This document shows, piece by piece, positions 52,946 through 59,475 of a stretch of DNA of 59,475 bases. Position numbers and translations under genes: made by a program. Under the pieces are notes generated by a model, which made no database searches, had not been told where the DNA came from, and was given only the letters and a program-made list of their open reading frames with translations. Source of the stretch: Scenedesmus sp. PABB004 (Eukaryota). Where the stretch lies: NCBI GenBank assembly GCA_014905635.1, contig JABVCE010000019.1:682001-741475 (forward strand), in the 5' to 3' direction. How positions within the stretch are numbered: position 1 is the first letter of the stretch; each line of letters opens with the position of its first letter.

Positions 52946-53776
52946 ATGGCAATTGCTGCACCGCGCATGGCCAGCGCCCCGTGCCGCGCCGCGGGCGCCC
53001 GCCTGGCCGTGCGCGGCGCGTCAAGGCCTCGCCCGGGCGTTCTCGCGCGCGCCCGGCGCGAGGATCTGCCCAACAGACGCTCGGTGGAGGTGCTGTCGCA
53101 GCTCATCGGCGACGGTGCGCCGCCGCGGCGCCGCCGCCGCGCTGGCCGGTCGCCGGCGCGGTCCGTTCCGGCTGCGCTCCGCGAGCACGTGGCGCCGCCG
53201 CCTGGCGCCGCCGACGCCGCGCGCCGACGCCGCCCGCCCGCGCCCGGGCCCGCCCCCGCAGACGACGGCGCGGCGGCGCAGGACGAGCAGCTCGTGCCGT
53301 GGTGGCAGATCAAGCCGAAGCAGAGCGCGCCGCCGCGGCGGACGCTGATGCACCCGCCGGGGGAGGTCGCGCGGTTTGTGGCCGACCAGGCGATCTACTC
53401 CAACCGCGTCGCAAGCGGGCGCAGCACGCCGCTCGGCAGCGAGCTGGACCTGCCCCAGGTCGAGCCCTACTTCTGCTACCTCCTCACCGCCGCGCAGCTG
53501 GCCGTCTACGCCGCGGGCACCTGGCTCGCCGTGAGCCAGGGGCCCGACGCCGGCGAGGCGTGGGCGCTGACGCTCGCGCTGCAGCCCGACGCGGTGCTCG
53601 GGTCGGGCGAGGCGTGGCGGCTCGGGACGTCGTTGCTGCTGCACGGCGGGCTCACGCACCTCGCGGTGGACACGTTCCTCCTCAGCGCCATGGGCCCGGG
53701 TGAGCGGGCAGCGCGCGCCCCAGCCCCCGCCCCAGTGTGCCGCCGCTGTGCCGCCGCCGTCGCCGCCGCCTGAGCC

Positions 53777-53811
<35 letters not shown>

Positions 53812-54394
53812 TGCAGGTATCGAGGCGCTGCTGGGCCACGGCACGTTTGTGCTCACCTACGTGCTGGCGGGCCTCGCCGGCGGCGCGACGGTGCTGCTGC
53901 TGGGTGACGGCGCCGTGCCCGTCGCGTGCGCGAGCGCGGCGAGCGTGGGCCTCGTGGGCGCGATGCTCGGCTTTGAGCTGCGCAACACCGCGGTCGTGCG
54001 CGAGAGCCTGGCCAGCCGGCGCAGCCAGGCCGACAACGGGCGCACCGGCGGCGAGCTGCTGCGCAAGCCGCTCGGCGCGGTGGGCCTGGTGGGCCTGCTG
54101 CTGCTGCTCGGCGTGCTGCACGGCTCGCTCATCGACAACGCCGCGCACGCGGGCGGCCTCGTCGCGGGCACGGGCCTCGGCTGGCTGCTGGGGCCCCACT
54201 TCAGCCTCATCCGCGAGGTCCAGATCCCGCCCGGCAGCATGGCGGTGCCCGAGGACGCGCCCGAGATGGTCGTCGTGCTCGACAAGCGCAGCACGCTCGA
54301 CCGCCTGCTCGGCGGCGCCGCCGCGGCGGGCGCGGTCGCGGGCCTCGTCGCGCTCGCCGGCGCCGCGCACGCGCTCGCCGGCCCCGCCGCGTGA
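52946..54394 (+). CDS. Rhomboid-like membrane protein, probably plastid-targeted, 2 exons
   Basis: GEAWRLGTSLLLHGGLTHL, GP-GIEALLGH, YVLAGLAG, IDNAAHAGGLVAG. The GT-AG intron spans about 53700-53816. Arg/Ala-rich N-terminus. Confidence 0.85.
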
Positions 54395-55594
54395 CGCGCG
54401 CGCGCGTGCGCGGGCGTGCGCGGGCACGCTTCACTCAATTGATTCCTGCACTCACGCGCGCGCCGCCGCGCCCTGCACATTGGCGGGCGGCGGCTGCGCC
54501 CGCAGCCATACGCGCTGCACACACGCCTGTACTCTAGCCTCGGCGCGCGGCTCGGCGGGCGCAGGCCTGCGTCGTCTGGCGTGCACCAGCGCGCCCAGGG
54601 GTGTGGAGTGTGGGTGTGCGGGACTGGCGGTTCATCGGTCGCGCGCCAGTTGCAACGCGCTGCTTGCTGCGTGCCGCTTCCCGAGGCGCCAGCGACGGCG
54701 CGCGCGGCAGCGCGGCAGCAGCGGCGGCGGCGGTGACCGCGCGCGCTTGGCCCGCGAGCCTCGTCGCTGGAGGTCCAGGGGCCCGTGCCAGCAAGCCAGC
54801 GGCGCCGTGGCAGCAATCCGTTCAGGCGCGGGCAGGAGCGCGGGCTCAACCGTCGCCGGCGCGTCTGCCGCCGCCCTGCCCGCCCGGCCAGCGCGGTCAG
54901 AGCGACCACTCGCCTTGAACGGCCCGACCACGCTGCGCCCAGGCCGCGAGCAGCAGCAGCGGCGCACCGCGACCTCTGGTCCCGCGCTCTTGCCGGCGCA
55001 GGACGACGACGCGGCCGGACTCAGGAGACGCGTGACAGCGAAATAGTGTCCTCGGGAGCGCAGGTGCGGCCGCGAACGGGCCCGCCAGGCCGAGCCGGCC
55101 CGTGCTGCAGCGCCGGGAGAGGCCCCCGGTCGCTGCCTGGGCGTCCAGGGCAGCGGGCACCACGCCGTGGGCCTCCCCGGCCCGCGCGGGCTGCGGCCCG
55201 GGCGCGCAGCGCGCCGGGGCGCGGCCGAGCATCAGCGGCGCCAACTGTCGCTGCGCTCGCCGGCAGCTGCTGGCAGGCGTCGCCTCCCGCCCAGTCTCCT
55301 CCCGCTCCGCTGCCAATTGACGCCCCCGCCCGCGCGGCGCCCGCCCCGCCGCAGGGCTGCGCCGACGCGAGCAGCGCCGGCGCGCACGCAGCAGCGGCGG
55401 CGCCGCCAGCAAGGCCGGCGCACGTCGCACAGCACCGCCCGGCGCGCGCCGCCAGCAAGCGCGCCGCCGGCCAGCGGCGGCGGCGCGGGGCGCGGGCAGC
55501 TGACGGCGGCGGCGTAGGCGGCGCAGGCGCGCCGGCGGAGCTCCGCGCGCGGCACCGCGTGCGGGGCGGCGGCCGCGCGGCCGCGGCGCGCGCG

Positions 55595-58206
55595 CTGGAG
55601 TACCCGGGCACCTCCCCGCGAGGCGGCCACCACGCGCACGCGCACCACCACCCGAGCGTCGACATCCCCGCGAGCGTGACCAAGAGCCCGGGGCCCGCGT
55701 CGAGCGTGCACACGCGCAGCCCCGTGGCCAAGGCGGCCGCCGCGGCGCTGCAGGCGGCGGCGGGCGGCGGCGGCGGCGGCGGCGGCGCGGGCGGCCCCGC
55801 GGCATCGAGCGGCGGCGTGAGCCACCGCACGTCGATCTCCACCCCCGCCGCTGCGGCGGCGGCGGGGCTGAACGGCCACGCGGCGCCGCACCACCACCAC
55901 CACGGCAAGCCCGGGCCGCCGGGCGGCGCGGACAAGGCGCGCCACGCGCGCGTGATGCTCGCGCGCCGGCTGGCGGTATGGCTCACGCTCGCGGCGGGCG
56001 CGGCGCTGGTGCTGGGCGCGCTCGTGCCGGCGGCGGAGGTGGGCCCGCCGGCGGCGCCCGCCGACGTGGCGCTGGACCTGGGGCGGTACTACTTCAACCC
56101 CAGCATCGTGCGCCACCGCGGGCTCTACCTCTCCACCGCGCGCACGGCGCACATGAAGCGCATCGACCGCACCAACTGGTGGTTCAACGAGGCCTACGTC
56201 TGCATGTCCACGCGCCACGACTTTGTGCCCGCGACCTGCCGCAAGTTTGACCCCTGGCAGGGGTGAGTGCCCGCGGGCGCTGCGGCGGGCGGCGCGGCGG
56301 CGGCGGCAGCGGCGGCCGCAGCAGCGGCGGCAGCGGCGGCAGTCGCGAGCGGCAGCGGCAGCTGCGGCGGCGAGCACGCAGCCACCGGTTGCGGCGCCAG
56401 CGCCGCGCGCGCACGCCGTGCCCGACCCTCCGCCCCGCGCGCGCACCCGCCGCAGGCGCTTCCAGGAGTGCCTGTGGGGCAGCGAGCGCAAGGTCGCGGA
56501 CGTGGACACGCAGGGCGTGGAGGACCCCAAGCTCTTTGTCTGGCCGGGGCGGGGCGTGTACGCGGTGTTTGGGCGCAAGCCCGAGGCCCTCGGCGCCAGC
56601 CCCTATTGCAAGGACCCCATCTTTGTGCAGTTTGTGGTGCAGGTGAGCCCCGCGCCCGCGCTGCCGCTGCGGCGCGGGCGCCCCGCGCCCGCGCCGCAGC
56701 GGCAGCGGCAGCCGAGCGCGCCCGCGCTGCCAGCGCCGCGCCTGGCGGCCGGCCGCTCGCGGCGCGCGCCGGGCCGACCGCCGCGCGCCGCCGCGGCCGC
56801 AGGTCGTCGCCGACGGCCCCGACGACGAGTGGTCGCTGCGGCGGCCGACGGAGCTCAAGCCGGGCGCGTTTGCGGCGCAGCTCTACGGAGCGCGGCTGGG
56901 GTCCGGGTCGATCAAGGAGAAGAACTGGATGCCCTTTGTCTGGGGCGACCAGCTCATGACCGTGCACAGCGTCACACCGCACCGCGTGTTCAGGTGCGCG
57001 CCGCGCCGCGCCGGGGGGCTGGCGGCGGCCGGCAGCACCAGCAGCGGCGCGAGCGGCGCGCAGCAGCGCGGCGGCGGCCGGCACCGCCGGCACGGCAGCG
57101 GCGGCCGCGCGCGGGCGGGCGGGCTGCCGCCGGCTGCAGCGCCGCGCCGAGCGCCCGCCGCGGCGCGCGCTCGGCTGATGAGAGGCCCGGCCCCGCCGCC
57201 CCGCCGCGCAGGGTGAACGCGAGCGGCGTGGCGGTGCAGCAGTGGGTGACGAGCAGCCCCAGCCTGTTTGGTCCGTTCAAGGACGAGGACATCCACGGCG
57301 GCCCGCCGCTCGCGCTCGTGCCGGGCGAGCTCGCGGGCGGCGGCGTGCCATACTACCTGGGCGTCTTCCACTTCTTCCAGGCGCGCGGCGACCACCACCG
57401 CACAGCACGCAGCACGCCCGCGCGCAGCACGTCCGCACCGTCGCCGCTGCTGGCGCGGCGGCGCGGCGCGCCCGCCCCGCCCCGCCCTGCGGCGGCGCGC
57501 CCCTGCCGCGCGCGCGCGCGCTGGCGTGCGCTGACGCGCGCACGCGCGCGCACGCGCGCAGACGTTTGGCGAGGGCGCGGGCAAGGTCAAGGCGTACCAC
57601 CACTACGCGTACCGCGTGGAGGCGGCGCCGCCGTTCCGCGTGTGCGGCGTGTCGCGCGAGATCGGGCTCGTCACGCGCAAGCGCCCCGCCAACAAGAAGG
57701 CCTCCGACTGGACGCACCAGCGCATCTGGAAGGACACGAGCCAGACCGCCTACATCAGCGGCCTCTTCATCGACGGCAGCACGGTGCACATGAGCTACGG
57801 CAGCAGCGACATCGACGCGCGCCTGCTCAGCATGAGCGTCGCCGACATGGAGGCGCTCTTCGACGGCAGCCCCTGGGACTGCAGCGCGAGCGCGGTGCTC
57901 GACGACGGCAGCGGCGAGCCGCTCCCGCCGAAGCTGCAGGCCGCCGGCGTCGCCGCCGCCATCAGCGGGGCCGTGCTGCCGGAGGCCGGCGCGGCCGTGC
58001 GGCACCACCGCCACCGCCGCGCGCACCACCGCGACCGCAAGGCCAGCCGCCGCGTGCTGGACGGCGGCGGCGCGCTGCAGCGGCAGCCGCAGCCGCTGGC
58101 GCAGCAGCAGCCGGCGGCGCAGCAGCCGGCGCAGCAGCAGCCGGCGCAGCAGGCGGCACAGCCGCAGCAGGCGCAGGCAGCACCGGCGTCGGGCGCTCGC
58201 CGGTAG
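55595..58206 (+). CDS. Membrane-anchored or secreted five-bladed beta-propeller carbohydrate-active protein (GH130/GT91-like), start uncertain (multi-exon)
   Basis: Hydrophobic LAVWLTLAAGAALVLGALV, then YFNPSI, GVEDPKLF, KEKNWMPF, IHGGPP, YLGVFH, APPFRV and MSYGSSD. First in-frame ATG is at 55955, and a candidate CTG start is at 55595. Confidence 0.65.
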
Positions 58207-58927
58207 CGCACGGCCGTGTGCTGGCAGCGCGGGGCCGCTCACCGGGCAGTGCCCCGCGGGGGAGGGGCTGTTGCATGCGTTGCGTGCGCTGCAGCTCGGC
58301 GTGCTGCGCTGGCGGCGCACATGTCGCAGCAGTTGGGAGGGGCGGGGGCCCCCCGATGCGCGCCCCGCGATGCTCGCCCCGCGCTGGCCAGCGTGATTGG
58401 CCTGGCCGGCGGGGGGCGTGGTCAGGCGGCCCGCAGTGCACGCGCGTTTTGCGCCGTCGTGATCCTGGCGTGCGTGTGTTTTCATTCTAAACAGCAGCGG
58501 CGCGGCCGCCGCGCCGCCCAGCGGTCGCCGTCGGCGCAGCGCCTGGCGCTGCCGGCGCGCACCCTTGCTGGCCTTGCTGTTTGGCAGGCGGGCGGGGCCG
58601 ATTTAGTCAGCGGCAGTGATAGGGAGTACGGCGTGCGCCCTGTCGCTGCAGCCAGCCGCAACGTGCAGCAGCCCCGGTGCGCCGTGGACGCGGGGGAGCA
58701 ACAGCAAGTGCAAGTAGCAAACGAGGGCGCGAGACGGTGCTCGCGTGGGCCGGGCACGCCAACGCCAACGCAGGGGCGCGCGCCGCCGCGCAAAGTGTGC
58801 GCGAGCGGCCAACAGTGAGCCTCAGTTGGACCGCATTGAATCAACTCAGTTCTTTGCGAGGTAACCAATCAGGCTGTCCCGGCTCGACCAAGCCGCCCGC
58901 GCCGTCCACGCTCCAGGTTTGACATCT

Positions 58928-59278
58928 GCCGGGCGGCGGCGGCGCCACGTGCTCGCAGAGCGCGCAGCCGGAACGGGCCGCGCCGGCGACCGGCCAGCGC
59001 GGCGGCGGCGCCGCGGCGGCGCACCGTCGCCGATGAGCTGCGACAGCACCTCCACCGAGCGTCTGTTGGGCAGATCCTCGCGCCGGGCGCGCGCGAGAAC
59101 GCCCGGGCGAGGCCTTGACGCGCCGCGCACGGCCAGGCGGGCGCCCGCGGCGCGGCACGGGGCGCTGGCCATGCGCGGTGCAGCAATTGCCATGCCGGCG
59201 ACGAGGGTCGTTGCCGCCTTGCTGGGCAGTTGACGGGCGCCGAAGATGGGACAATGAGCGTCTCGCCGCAGCGCGTCG
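58928..59278 (-). pseudogene. Inverted partial duplicate of the rhomboid gene 5' region (about 52861-53206)
   Basis: The reverse complement matches about 350 bp (upstream region plus about 85 codons, MAIAAPRMASAP...) with a few substitutions and indels. A 2-bp insertion near 58950 shifts the frame. Confidence 0.9.
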
Positions 59279-59287
59279 GGTCGCCCG

Positions 59288-59475
59288 TTAGGGTTTAGGG
59301 TTTAGGGTTTAGGGTTTAGGTTTTAGGTTTTAGGTTTTAGGTTTTAGGTTTTAGGTTTAGGGTTTAGGGTTTAGGGTTTAGGGTTTAGGGTTTTAGGTTT
59401 TAGGGTTTAGGGTTTAGGGTTTAGGGTTTAGGGTTTAGGGTTTAGGGTTTAGGGTTTAGGGTTTAGGGTTTAGGG
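59288..59475 (+). repeat. Telomere, (TTTAGGG)n with TTTTAGG and TTTTAGGG variants
   Basis: G-rich strand runs 5' to 3' to the end of the sequence, the orientation expected at a chromosome end. Confidence 0.97.

Overview
A 59.5-kb, very GC-rich, intron-dense eukaryotic chromosome end, most consistent with a chlorophyte green alga (inferred from the TTTAGGG telomere, TGTAA poly(A)-type signals, plastid transit-like N-termini and a CAB-tailed ferrochelatase). The ORF track is mostly GC-driven noise, so I rebuilt genes by joining exons by eye, and internal boundaries are approximate unless stated. There are about 18 genes: a MATE-like 3' fragment, ADS/FAD5-type desaturase, a secreted tandem-repeat polyprotein, a two-FAS1 protein, an unknown coiled-coil protein, an LRR receptor-like cyclase, CSN6, dihydroorotase, glutamate dehydrogenase, MATE, HSP101/ClpB, ferrochelatase, TCF25/Rqc1, an alpha/beta hydrolase, an RGG/Stm1-like protein, an LPA1-like P-loop NTPase, a rhomboid-like protein and a beta-propeller carbohydrate-active candidate. 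These are followed by an inverted partial copy of the rhomboid gene and the telomere. The best candidate for an undescribed system is the head-to-head gene pair at 4.5-9.4 kb. One gene is a signal-peptide polyprotein whose exon-encoded units are each preceded by RxLLQ, and the other is a fasciclin carrying a similar module behind the same RHLLQ site. An LRR receptor with split-catalytic tandem cyclase domains lies about 3 kb further on. GC-AG introns are unusually frequent throughout.
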